DNA of 64,000 nt from an uncultured Gammaproteobacteria bacterium. Lineage in GTDB: Bacteria; Pseudomonadota; Gammaproteobacteria; Steroidobacterales; Rariloculaceae. The position numbers and the translations under genes are program-made. Below the pieces are notes generated by a model that saw nothing but the letters and a program-made list of their open reading frames with translations, made no database searches and was not told the origin of the DNA. The stretch lies in the NCBI GenBank assembly GCA_963714705.1, contig CAVQPJ010000005.1:270321-334320 (forward strand), given 5' to 3'. Positions 9,676 to 21,194 of the stretch are shown piece after piece (the first letter of the stretch is position 1; each line of letters opens with the position of its first letter).

Positions 9676-12600
9676 TCAGTTGCCGCATCCACAGTCTTCC
9701 TGCGGGTTCGATGTAGTGTCGTAGGCCGCCTTGCCGATGACTCCAATGTCATAGAAGCCCTCTCCAACGACAGCGAGCGTGGCGACGGCGCCGGCGACAA
9801 TACCGGCAGTCGTCCTGCCCGCGGCGCGTAGCGCTCTCATCCCCAGGCGGTTCGACCAACGACTGAGTTGGCCGGTCGTTGGATTCAACTCGCCTTTCGG
9901 AACTCCAAAGCCCCTGAGCTCACCTGGCGTTTTTGGCATCGTGCCTACCCCCTCCATGGCAATCAGGCTGCCAAGGGTCAGGGCGTTGCTGGCTCTATTT
10001 TCTCGGATCTGGTTCGCGAACGCGTCAAAGTCGACACACCATGCACCGCGCGCAGCGTTGCGCTCAAAAGCGTCTCGCTGTGGGCCAGGAGGGAAAGTCC
10101 AATACCCGATGCCCTCCAGGCCCAAGGGATCGACGTACCGCAGCGGGTTTCCGTTGCCGTACAAGTACGGATTCAGGCCGCCTGCCAAGCCGATGGGATC
10201 TGATTGCGCGTAGCGGCCAACGACTGGATCGTAATCGCGGAAGTAGTTGTAGTTCAGCCCCGAGTGCGCATCGTAGAGCTGGCCCGGGAACCGCAGGTTG
10301 TACTTGAAATTGCCGAGCGATTGCGGGTTCTCGTTCGGCAGCGCCGTGCCGAAGGGATCGCTCTCCCACGTCCAGCGCGCCTTGTTGTCGCTCGGGCGTG
10401 TCACCTTCCGTGGCGTGTTCAAGTGATCCGTGTGCACGTAGAAAATCCCCACCGGCGTCCCGGGCCGCAACGTCGCCACCGGCGTGTCGCCCAGCCAGAG
10501 CGTCTCTTGGACGAGCGCGCCGCTTGAATTGTATTCCCCCAATACGTGGCCGGCTTCGTCGTACACATAATGCACCGTGCCCGGCGTGCCACCGACGCGC
10601 TTCACGAGCTCGCCGAGGGCGTTATAGGTAAACGTCGCCGTCGTCGAGCCCACCTTCAGCGTCTTCATCCGGCCGCGGTTGTTGTACGTCGCCGTGACAT
10701 TGGAGTAGGTCAGCGCGCTGCCGACGGCGTTGTAGGTGTACGTGCGGCTCACCGCGCCCGCGATCGAGCTCACGCGGTTGTTGGAAGACGAGATCGTGTA
10801 CGTCGAGGGCGAAGCGCCGGTCTCTGAGAGCCGGTTGCCGTTCGCATCGTACGTCCAGCCGCGCGTCGTCCCGGTCTTCACCGCGCTCGTCAGCCGATCG
10901 AGGCCGTTGTAACCGTAGGTGTAGCTGTTCGCCGGCGTCACCGTGTCGGTAGTGGCGGTGGCCCTGAACGCATCGTCGTAGGCGTAGGTCTTGTTGCCCG
11001 CGCTCGCGATCGCCGTCACCTTGCCGTCGGTGTCGAACGTGCGGCTCATCGGCGTGCCGTTGCCCCAGGTCCAGCCCTTCACGGGCCCGAACGGCTCGTA
11101 GCTCACGCTCGACAGCAGCGTCGTGCCGTTGACCGTGATGCTCGTGACCTGGTTGTTCGCGTTGTAGCCGTAGACCACCGCCTGGCCCGACGGCGTCGTC
11201 AGCGAGGTGAGATTGCCGTTCGTGTAGCCATAGCCGACGCTCTTCGCCACCGTGCCGACGGTCTGGCTCTTGCTCGTCACGCGCCCGAGCGCGTCGTAGA
11301 CCCAGCCCATCGAGTGGTTGGCGTCGCTCGCCCCGGTGCGCCGGCCCTTGCCGTACGTGCCCGCATCGTAAGTGAATGCGATCGTCTGATCGGTCGTCGT
11401 GCCGATCTTGTAGGCGGCCGACGTCACGCGGTTCAGCGCGTCGTACACGTAGGTCGTGATCGCGTTGCGCGCGTCCGTCGAGGTTTTCAGGTTGCCGCCG
11501 GAATCGTATGTGTTCGTCGTGAGCCCTGTGTCGGGGCTTGTTTGCGTCTTCAGATCGTCGAAGCCGTTATACGTGTAGCTCGTGACCTTGCTGCGCGGAT
11601 CGGTCACCGACGTCATGTTGTCGTTCGCGTCATAGCCGAGTAGCGTGATGCCGCTCGCGGGATCTGTCATCTGGATCAGTCGCCCGAGCTCGTCGTACGC
11701 GTTGACGGTGTTGCGCCCCAGCGGCGCGTTGATGGCCGTCCGATTGCCGCGCGTGTCATAGCCGAATTCCGTCGTCTGCGCGGCCGTGCCGGCGGCGGTC
11801 AAGTCCTTCCAGAGCTGATTGAGGTTGTTGAAGACGCTCGAGCGCGTGCGGCGCAGGAAGTTCGTCGGATCGTAGACGTTCTCCGCGGTGCGGTTGCCCA
11901 TGCCGTCGAGCGTGTAGGCGACGTAGTTGCCGGCCGCGTCGTCGATGCGCGTCAGGCGATGCGCGTTGTCGTAGGTGTACAGCACGAAGCTCGAGTCCGG
12001 CAGCGTCACCCTCTTCACGAGTCCGGTGGGCCAGTACTCGAGCGTCGTTTGCTCGCCCGCGACCGTGCGGCTCGTCAGGCGTTGGCGCGCGTCGTACGCG
12101 AGCGTGGTCACCACGCCGTTCGGATCCGTGATCTGCAGCGGCTGGCCATGCGCGTTGTAGCTGTTGAAAGTCGTCACTTGGCTCAGCGCGTTCGTCATCG
12201 TTTGCACCTGCCCGCACTGGGAGCCCGTGCCGCAGGTGTAATAGACGAGCGTCGTCAAGTCGGTGGCGTCGGTGCGCGGGCCGTTCGCCGTCAGCACGCG
12301 GCCGTAGGTGTCGTAGGTCCACGTCGTGCGACGCACTTCGCTCGTGACGGTGTCCGTGACCTTGTGCTCGAGCAGGCGGCCGCTCGCGTCGTAGTCCAAG
12401 TCCGTGGTGCGGCCCGGTTCGGTGATCAGGTCTGGGAGCCGGAAACTCGGGTGCCACGTGGTGGAAATCGTTCGCGCCCGCGGCGTGCCGTAGGCTTCGG
12501 TGCGCGAGGTCTCGAGAGTCCGGGCGGTGTCGTGGGTGTACCGGGTCTCAACGCCGTTGAAGTCGAACTTGCTCTGAAAGTTGCCGAATGAATCGAACGT

Positions 12601-13455
12601 GGCGCTCGCATACTCGTTGCAACCCTGGCACAGCAGATTCGAACCCGTGTACCGGCGCTGCCCCGCGATGACCGACGTCGTGTAGGTGCGGCTCGTGCCG
12701 AGCGGATCGACGACGATGCGCGTGCCGTCGGTGTTGTAGGTGATGCCGTAACTGTCGACGCCGCCCGTGTACACGGAGCTCGTGACGACGTTGCCTGCAC
12801 CATAACCCCACGTCACGTAGCGGACGCCGGATTCGTCCTCGATGCCCGTGAGCAGATTCGCTTGCCCGGTCCCCGTGAGCTCGTAGAGGTACTCCCGCGT
12901 GCGCGTGTCGGGATACGTGACCTGCGTCAGGTTGTTGTTGGCGCCGTACGTGAACACGATTTGGCCGGAACCGGCGCCGGGCAGCGTGACGCTCGCGAGG
13001 CGCGGCGGCGAAGCCGTATCCCACTGAAACGTGAGCTCATGGCCGAAGTCGTCGACCAGCGAGGCGACGCGGCCGTTCGCACCGTAAGTGAGCGCCTGCG
13101 TGATGCCGCCACGGCCCGTGATTGTGAGCAGCCGGCCGGTCGTGTCGTAAAGCTCCGCACTGTCATTCGCCGTGATGTAGCGCCAACCGACGAACGCCCC
13201 GGAGGGGTTCGTGGCCACGACGAGCCGCTCCTTGAGCTCGCCTTCGGCCACGTATTGCGTGGACGTCGACCCCGGGATCGTGGCCGTGAAGGCGACCACG
13301 TCACCATCGGGGCGCACGGCGTGCAACACGGGCGAATTCAAACCCGATGCGGCCGAGAGGTATTGAAGATACGAGCCGAACCACGCTTCCCCGAGGGGCT
13401 TGCCATAGGGGCCTTGTTTCGCGGAGTGATAACCGAGGCTGTTGTAGGTGCGCCC
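9676..13455 (-). CDS. Rhs-family YD-repeat protein with variable C-terminal toxin domain; no canonical start and N-terminal delivery region absent
   Basis: About 1258 codons are frame-intact inside ORF 9676..14148. There are many YD-type repeats (YDTTGRLLTITG, YDASGRLLEH, TYDTYGRVLTANG, YDARQRLTSRT, YDNAHRLTRIDD, YDELGRLIQMTD, YDALNRVTSA, YDALGRVTSK...). The Rhs core end reads FYVHTDHLNTPRKVT...RFPGQLYDAHSGLNYNYFRDYDPVVGRYAQSDPIGLAGGLNPYLYGNGNPLRYVDPLGLEG. There is no ATG in frame for more than 600 codons after the point where MalQ-like sequence ends. Confidence 0.9.
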   Translation of the reverse strand, partial: GRTYNSLGYHSAKQGPYGKPLGEAWFGSYLQYLSAASGLNSPVLHAVRPDGDVVAFTATIPGSTSTQYVAEGELKERLVVATNPSGAFVGWRYITANDSAELYDTTGRLLTITGRGGITQALTYGANGRVASLVDDFGHELTFQWDTASPPRLASVTLPGAGSGQIVFTYGANNNLTQVTYPDTRTREYLYELTGTGQANLLTGIEDESGVRYVTWGYGAGNVVTSSVYTGGVDSYGITYNTDGTRIVVDPLGTSRTYTTSVIAGQRRYTGSNLLCQGCNEYASATFDSFGNFQSKFDFNGVETRYTHDTARTLETSRTEAYGTPRARTISTTWHPSFRLPDLITEPGRTTDLDYDASGRLLEHKVTDTVTSEVRRTTWTYDTYGRVLTANGPRTDATDLTTLVYYTCGTGSQCGQVQTMTNALSQVTTFNSYNAHGQPLQITDPNGVVTTLAYDARQRLTSRTVAGEQTTLEYWPTGLVKRVTLPDSSFVLYTYDNAHRLTRIDDAAGNYVAYTLDGMGNRTAENVYDPTNFLRRTRSSVFNNLNQLWKDLTAAGTAAQTTEFGYDTRGNRTAINAPLGRNTVNAYDELGRLIQMTDPASGITLLGYDANDNMTSVTDPRSKVTSYTYNGFDDLKTQTSPDTGLTTNTYDSGGNLKTSTDARNAITTYVYDALNRVTSAAYKIGTTTDQTIAFTYDAGTYGKGRRTGASDANHSMGWVYDALGRVTSKSQTVGTVAKSVGYGYTNGNLTSLTTPSGQAVVYGYNANNQVTSITVNGTTLLSSVSYEPFGPVKGWTWGNGTPMSRTFDTDGKVTAIASAGNKTYAYDDAFRATATTDTVTPANSYTYGYNGLDRLTSAVKTGTTRGWTYDANGNRLSETGASPSTYTISSSNNRVSSIAGAVSRTYTYNAVGSALTYSNVTATYNNRGRMKTLKVGSTTATFTYNALGELVKRVGGTPGTVHYVYDEAGHVLGEYNSSGALVQETLWLGDTPVATLRPGTPVGIFYVHTDHLNTPRKVTRPSDNKARWTWESDPFGTALPNENPQSLGNFKYNLRFPGQLYDAHSGLNYNYFRDYDPVVGRYAQSDPIGLAGGLNPYLYGNGNPLRYVDPLGLEGIGYWTFPPGPQRDAFERNAARGAWCVDFDAFANQIRENRASNALTLGSLIAMEGVGTMPKTPGELRGFGVPKGELNPTTGQLSRWSNRLGMRALRAAGRTTAGIVAGAVATLAVVGEGFYDIGVIGKAAYDTTSNPQEDCGCGN
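9679..10110 (-). other. Rhs C-terminal variable (toxin) domain, 144 aa after the DPLGLEG boundary
   Basis: IGYWTFPPGPQRDAFERNAARGAWCVDFDAFANQIRENRASNALTLGSLIAMEGVGTMPKTPGELRGFGVPKGELNPTTGQLSRWSNRLGMRALRAAGRTTAGIVAGAVATLAVVGEGFYDIGVIGKAAYDTTSNPQEDCGCGN. It includes a Gly/Ala-rich hydrophobic stretch (TAGIVAGAVATLAVVGEGFYDIGVIG). I recognise no nuclease, deaminase or ADP-ribosyltransferase motif. Confidence 0.7.
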
Positions 13456-14919
13456 TAGGGCAGGCGACCCGAGCGAACGGCGCGTTCGCGGCACGCGGCG
13501 GCGAGCGACGGCCGGCACGTCGGGCCACGCGAAGCGCCAGCGCCAGTTGCCGACGACGGTGCCCGGCGTGTTCATGCGGGCGCCGGAGTCGCGCGCCGAG
13601 CAGGTCCTGCATCGGGCACGATCGCGAGCGCGGCGTTCGAGGCGTAGGCCGCGTCGATCAGGAAGTCGGGCACCGGCGGCGTCGGGCCCGACGCCGAGCA
13701 TGCCGTGCACGACGTCGCGCGCATGCGGCTCGAGCGAGGCGTACCAGCCGACGGTCGTGTCGTTGTCGTGCGTGCCCGTGTAGACGACGGCGTTGCGCCG
13801 GTGATGCTGCGGCAGATGCGGATTGTCGGGCGAGCCGTCGAATGCGAACTGCAGCACGACCATGCCCGGCAGCTCGAAGCGGTCGCGCAGCGCGCGCACG
13901 TCGTCCGTGATGATGCCGAGATCCTCGGCGACGAGCGGCATCTCGCCGAGCTCGCGCGCGCAACGCCGTCGAGCAACGCGTCGCCGCGCCCGCGCACGCC
14001 ATTGCCCGAGCGCGCGCCGTCGGCGCGCCCGCCGGCACCTCCCAGTACGACTCGAGCGCGCGGAAGTGATCGATGCGCACGAGATCGAAGCGCGCGAGCT
14101 GCGCGCGCATGCGCGTCGAGCCACCAGCGGAAGCCGCTGCTGCTCCATCGCGTCCCAGTCGTACAGCGGGTTGCCCCAGAGCTGGCCTTCGGCGTTGAAG
14201 TAGTCCGGCGGTACGCCCGCGACGCGCGATCGGCTCGCCGCTCGCGTCGAGCGCGAACAGCTCGCGCTCCCACCAGACGTCGACGCTGTTGCGGTCGACG
14301 TAGAACGGCAGGTCGCCGAAGAGATGGACGCCGCGCTCGTTCGCGTAGCGCTTCAGCGCCGTCCACTGCAGCTCGAACAGGTACTGCTCGAACACGAGTG
14401 CGCGAAACTGCTCGCGACTCGCGGCGCGAGCACGCGCGCAGCGCCGCGGCGTCGCGGTCGCGGTACGGCGCCGGCCATTGCCACCACGGCGACTGGCCGA
14501 AGCGCTCGCTCAGAGCAGCTCGAACAGGCCGTAGGGCAGCGAGCCAGCGGCGGCGCGCGCGCACGAACTCCGCGAACGCGCGCGTTGCTCGCGCCGTCGC
14601 GAGCGCCGCGAACGACGCGTAGCGGGCGTCGCGGCCGCCGCGACGCCTCGAGCCGCGCGGCAGCTCGGCGACGGCGTCGAGCTCCTCGGCGTCGATGAAC
14701 CGCGGATCGCCGGCATAGGCCGAGCGCAAGGCAGTACGGCGAACCGTACGCGTCCGTGACGCCGAGCGGCAACGTCTGCCAGACGCTGAATCCGCCCGCG
14801 CCGAGCCAATCGACGAAGCGCCGCGCGTCGGCGCCGAGCGTGCCGCGCGGCGCCATGGCCCGGCAGCGAGGTGGGATGGAGCAAGACGCCGGCGCGGCGC
14901 GCGGCGAGCACGCGTTCAT
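13455..14919 (-). CDS. malQ: 4-alpha-glucanotransferase (amylomaltase), frame-interrupted
   Basis: 14510..14911 (RRAGVLLHPTSLPG). 14353..14919 (FVDWLGAGGFSVWQTLPLGVTDAYGSPY). 13658..14395 (FEQYLFELQWTALKRYANERGVHLFGDLPFYVDRNSVDVWW...DLVRIDHFRALESYWEVPAG). In ORF 9676..14148: MPLVAEDLGIITDDVRALRDRFELPGMVVLQFAFDG...VVYTGTHDNDTTVGWY...RMNTPGTVVGNWRWRF. My translation of another frame gives a typical tail, PSLAAACRERAVRSGRLP, ending at the TAG at 13455-13457. Confidence 0.85.
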
Positions 14920-14932
14920 GCGCGCGCCGCGC

Positions 14933-16202
14933 TCAGGAGCTGCGCCGCAATGCGGCCAACATACCGCGCGTCACGAGCACGATGCCGTGGTCCGTGACGT
15001 GGAAGTGCTGCGCTGTCGGCGTCGCGGTCGCGGCCGATGACGGTGCCGTGCGGAATGCTGCAGCCTTCGTCGATGATCGCGTTCGCGATGTAGCAGCTGC
15101 GGCCGATCTCGACCTCGGGCAGCACGACCGAGCGGCGCACCTCGCGTGCCCTCGTCGACGAACACGCTCGAAGAACAGCAGCGACTCGCGAACCACGGCG
15201 CCCGAGACGATGCAGCCGCCGGCGACCATCGAGTTGATCGCGAGCCCGCGACGGTCGATCCTCGTCGAGGATGAACTTCGCGCCCGGCACCTGCTGCTGA
15301 TAGGTCCAGATCGGCCAGGCTTCGTCGTAGAGGTTGAGCTCGGGGCTCACGTGAATGAGCTCCATGTTCGCGTTGTAGTAGGCGTCGACGGTTCCGACGT
15401 CGCGCCAATAGCGCTGCGCTTTCGTCTCGACGTCCTCGAACGGATACGCGAACACGCGCCGATTCGCGACGGCCTCCGGCACGATGTTGCGGCCGAAGTC
15501 GTGCTGCGAGTCCGGAACCGCGGCGTCGCGCTCGAGCGTCTCGCGCAGGAACTCGGGGTTGACGACGTAGATGCCCATCGACGCGAGCGCGACGCCTTCG
15601 CGCCCCGGCATCGGCTGCGGCTCCTTCGGCTTCTCGTCGAAGCTCACGACGCGGTGATCCGCGCCGAGCGACATGACGCCGAACTCGTGCGCCTGCGCGA
15701 TCGGCACCTGCACGCCGCCGATCGTGATGTCGGCGCCGCTCTCCTTGTGGAACGCGAGCAGCGGGCCGTAGTCCATCTTGTAGACGTGGTCGCCGGCGAG
15801 AATCAGGACCGTCTCGGGGCGGTGTTGATGAATGATGTCGAGATTTTGATAGACGGCGTCGGCCGTGCCGCGGTACCAGATTTCGCCGAGCTGCTGCTGC
15901 GCCGGCACGATGTCGATGAACTCGCCGAGCTCGCCGTGCAGGTAGCCCCAGCCGCGCTGCACATGCTGAATCAGGGAGTGGGCCTTATACTGCGTCAGGA
16001 TGAAGATCTGGCGGATGCCGGAGTTGACGCAGTTCGACAGGGAGAAGTCGATGATGCGGTACTTGCCGCCGAACGGCGTGGCCGGCTTGGCTCGATGGTC
16101 GGTCAGCTGCATGAGCCGCTGGCCGCGGCCGCCCGCCATGACGACGGCGACCGTGCTGCGTGTGAGCTGACTGACGAGACGTCGGCGCGGAATTTGCCTC
16201 AT
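14933..16202 (-). CDS. glgC: Glucose-1-phosphate adenylyltransferase
   Basis: ORF 14916..16526 from the internal Met at 16202: MRQIPRRRLVSQLTRSTVAVVMAGGRGQRLMQLTDHRAKPATPFGGKYRIIDFSLSNCVNSGIRQIFILTQYKAHSLIQH...WYRGTADAVYQN...LILAGDHVYKMDY. The C-terminus is in ORF 14933..15229 (FHVTDHGIVLVTRGML). Confidence 0.9.
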
Positions 16203-16256
16203 TTCACTACACGCTACTACCGAAGGACTCCGCCTGTCTAACCGAGAACCGTACGT

Positions 16257-18466
16257 ATGACGCCGCCCAGCGAGCGCGTGGCCAAAGCGAGTTCGACGCC
16301 AGCGCGATCCTGACATCGAACGTCTGCTGCACGGCCGGCTGCACGAGCCGCGCCGCGTGCTCGGCATCCACTCGGTCGGCGCGCACGATGTCGTCGTGCG
16401 CGTGCTGCTGCCGAACGCGTTGCGCGTGCGGCTTCTCGAGCCCGCCGTCGAGCTCGCGCGCGTTCCCGGCACGGCGCTGTTCGAGTGGCAGGGGCCGCGC
16501 GGCGACATCGCGGCGCCGTATCGCATTCGCTGGGAGTCGCACGACGGCCGTTGGCACGAGGGCTACGACCCGTACTCGTTCCCGCTCGAGATCGACGACG
16601 AGCGATCTCGCACGCTTCGCGAGCCGGCAGTCACATCCACGCGCATCGCTTCCTCGGCGCGCACGAGCGCGACGATCGCCGGCGTGCGCGGCATCCGCTT
16701 CGCCGTCTGGGCGCCGAACGCCGAGCGCGTCAGCGTCGTCGGCACGTTCAATCACTGGGACGGGCGCTATCACCCGATGAGCGTGCGCGGCAACTCGGGC
16801 GTCTGGGAGCTGTTCCTGCCCGAGCTCGGCGCCGGCGAGCTCTACAAGTACGAGCTCTACACGCGCGACAGCCGCGAGCTCAAGCTCAAGACCGACCCGT
16901 ACGGCGCGGCGTTCGAGAAGCGGCCCGCGACTGCAGCGATCACGACGCCGCCTTCGACGTTCCGCTGGGACGACGCGGCGTGGCTCGAAGCAGCGCGCGC
17001 AGCGCGACTGGCTCGCGGAGCCGATCTCGATTTACGAGGTGCATCTCGGCTCGTGGCGCCGCAACGCGGCCGGCAGTTCCTGAGCTACCGCGAGCTCGCC
17101 GGGCAGCTCGCCGCCTACGTCAAGGACCTCGGGCTTCACGCACGTCGAGCTGCTGCCGATCACGGAGCACCCGTTCGACGACTCGTGGGGCTACCAGTGC
17201 ACGGGCTACTTCGCGCCGACGAGCCGGCACGGCTCGCCCGACGAGCTGCGCGAGCTCGTCGCCGAGCTGCACCGGCACGGGATCGGCGTGCTGCTCGACT
17301 GGGTTCCGGGGCATTTTCCGAAGGACGATCACGCGCTCGCGCGCTTCGACGGCACGGCGCTCTACGAATACGGCGATCCGCAGAAGGGCGAGCATCCCGA
17401 CTGGAGCACGCTCGTGTTCAACTACACGCGCAACGAGGTCCAGAGCTTCCTGCTGTCGAGCGCGATCTGCTGGCTCGAGGACTTCCACTTCGACGGCCTG
17501 CGCGTCGACGCCGTCGCGTCGATGCTCTATCTCGATTACTCGCGCGAGCCGCACCAGTGGACGCCGAATCGAGCACGGCGGCAACGAGAACCTCGAGGCG
17601 ATCGCGTTCTTGAAGCGCCTGAACGAGACGACGCATGCGACGTGCCCGGGCACGATGACGATCGCCGAGGAGTCGACGGCGTGGCCGCAAGGTCTCGCGC
17701 CCGACCTACGACGGCGGCCTCGGCTTCACGTTCAAGTGGAACATGGGCTGGATGCACGACACGCTGAGCTACTTCGCGAAGGACCCCGTGCACCGCCGCT
17801 TCCACCACAATCTGCTGACGTTCGGGCCGATGTACGCGTTCACGGAGAACTTCGTGCTGCCGCTGTCGCACGACGAGGTCGTGCACGGCAAGCGCTCGCT
17901 GCTCGACAAGATGCCCGGCGACGACTGGCAGCGGTTCGCGAACCTGCGGCTGCTGCTGACGTTCCAGTGGACCTATCCCGGCAAGAAGCTGCTGTTCATG
18001 GGCGGGGAATTCGGCCAGCCGCGCGAGTGGAACCATCACGGCTCGCTGCCGTGGCACTTGGCCGACGAGCCGCGCCACGCCGGAGTTCGCGCGCTGCGTC
18101 GGGACTTGAATCGCGTCTACCGCAGCACGCCGGCGCTGCACCGTCGCGATCACGACGGCAGCGGCTTCTCGTGGCTATCGTGGCAAGACGATGCGCACTC
18201 GGTGCTGAGCTATCTGCGCAAGGACGGCGACGAGCATGCCGTCGTCGTGCTGAACTTCACGCCGGTGCCGCGCCACGGCTATCGCGTCGGCGTGCCGCGA
18301 GCCGGGCGCTACCGCGAAATCTTGAACTCGGACTCGCAGCTACTACGGCGGCTCGAACGTCGGCAACGACGTCGTCGAAACGGAGCCGACGCCGTGCATG
18401 GATCAGCCGCACTCGATCGTCGTGACGCTGCCGCCGCTCGGCGGCATCGTGCTCGTGCCGGGCTAG
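16257..18466 (+). CDS. glgB: 1,4-alpha-glucan branching enzyme, frame-interrupted
   Basis: 16357..17613 ([20 protein letters not shown]...[56 protein letters not shown]). 17288..17767 ([27 protein letters not shown]...[18 protein letters not shown]). 17743..18750 ([26 protein letters not shown]...[16 protein letters not shown]...[12 protein letters not shown]). The start codon is uncertain. Confidence 0.9.
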
Positions 18467-19064
18467 AGCTTGTAGAAGAAAGTCAGCGTCGTCTCGGCCG
18501 CGTCGATGTCGCTCTGGAAGGTGTCGCCAGAGAAATCGTATTTCTCGTAGGCGAGGCGCAGGGCGACGCGATCCCAATCGTACTGAACGCCGACGTAGTA
18601 CGCCGGATTGTTTTCGCTGACTTCGATGCTCTGGGCTGGGACACCGTCCTGGCTGAGGTCGATGTCCTGGCTGACGTCGGCGTAACCCAAGCCGGCCGAT
18701 CAGCGAAAGGCCGTTGTCGAACGGCAGCACACCGACCAGCCGGATCGTAAGCATCGAGATCTCGCTCTCGAAGCCGACCTCCACCGACTCCGGCTGGCCA
18801 CCCGTCAAGAACGTGAAGCTGTCACGGATCGTGCTCGTCTTCCCGTAGCTGCCTTCGACGCCAAGATGCTCCATGAACTGTAGTCGACCATGAGATGCCA
18901 CGAGCTCACCGAATCGGAGAACAGGTCGCCGAGGAATTGGTCTCCCTCGGCGTACTCGAAGTCGCCGAGCGCGAAACCGTAGTACGCAGCGCCGTCCGGC
19001 TGAGCGTGGACCGCGGGCGTCAGCGCGAGGGCGAGCAACGCGAGCGTCGTGAGCAGCAGACTCC

Positions 19065-19068
<4 letters not shown>
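18463..19068 (-). CDS. Small outer-membrane beta-barrel protein with signal peptide (frame-interrupted)
   Basis: In ORF 18805..19350, from the Met at 19068: [44 protein letters not shown]-terminal piece 18463..18690: ...[28 protein letters not shown]...TLTFFYKL, with alternating aromatic/hydrophobic beta-strand patterns and an aromatic-rich C-terminus. Confidence 0.55.

Positions 19069-21193
<2,125 letters not shown>

Positions 21194-21194
<1 letters not shown>

Larger units (their letters stand above)
9343..13457. other. Compositionally distinct (lower-GC) island carrying rhs plus immunity
   Basis: Hand counts inside the island: 39/60 (11161-11220), 31/60 (12541-12600) and 29/60 (9361-9420). 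The adjacent malQ gives 46/60 (13561-13620). Both island genes are frame-intact while the flanking genes are heavily frame-interrupted. Confidence 0.6.

Noticed and set aside
9330-13460. Direct or inverted repeats marking the Rhs island ends (CTAG-containing motifs tgctagag near 9340 and ccctaggg at 13454-13461)
   Set aside because: The shared element is only a 4-nt CTAG core. That is too short to distinguish from chance, and I could find no longer flanking duplication by eye.
9676-14148. The single 1490-aa ORF in the track read as a genuine MalQ-Rhs fusion protein
   Set aside because: Only about residues 70-215 of that ORF are MalQ sequence in frame, and its first ~70 residues are Arg-rich out-of-frame text. 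My own translation shows the MalQ tail continuing in another frame (PSLAAACRERAVRSGRLP) to a TAG at 13455-13457, a normal-looking MalQ C-terminus. The open frame across the junction is most simply a by-product of GC-rich sequence plus indels. A real fusion cannot be fully excluded without corrected sequence.
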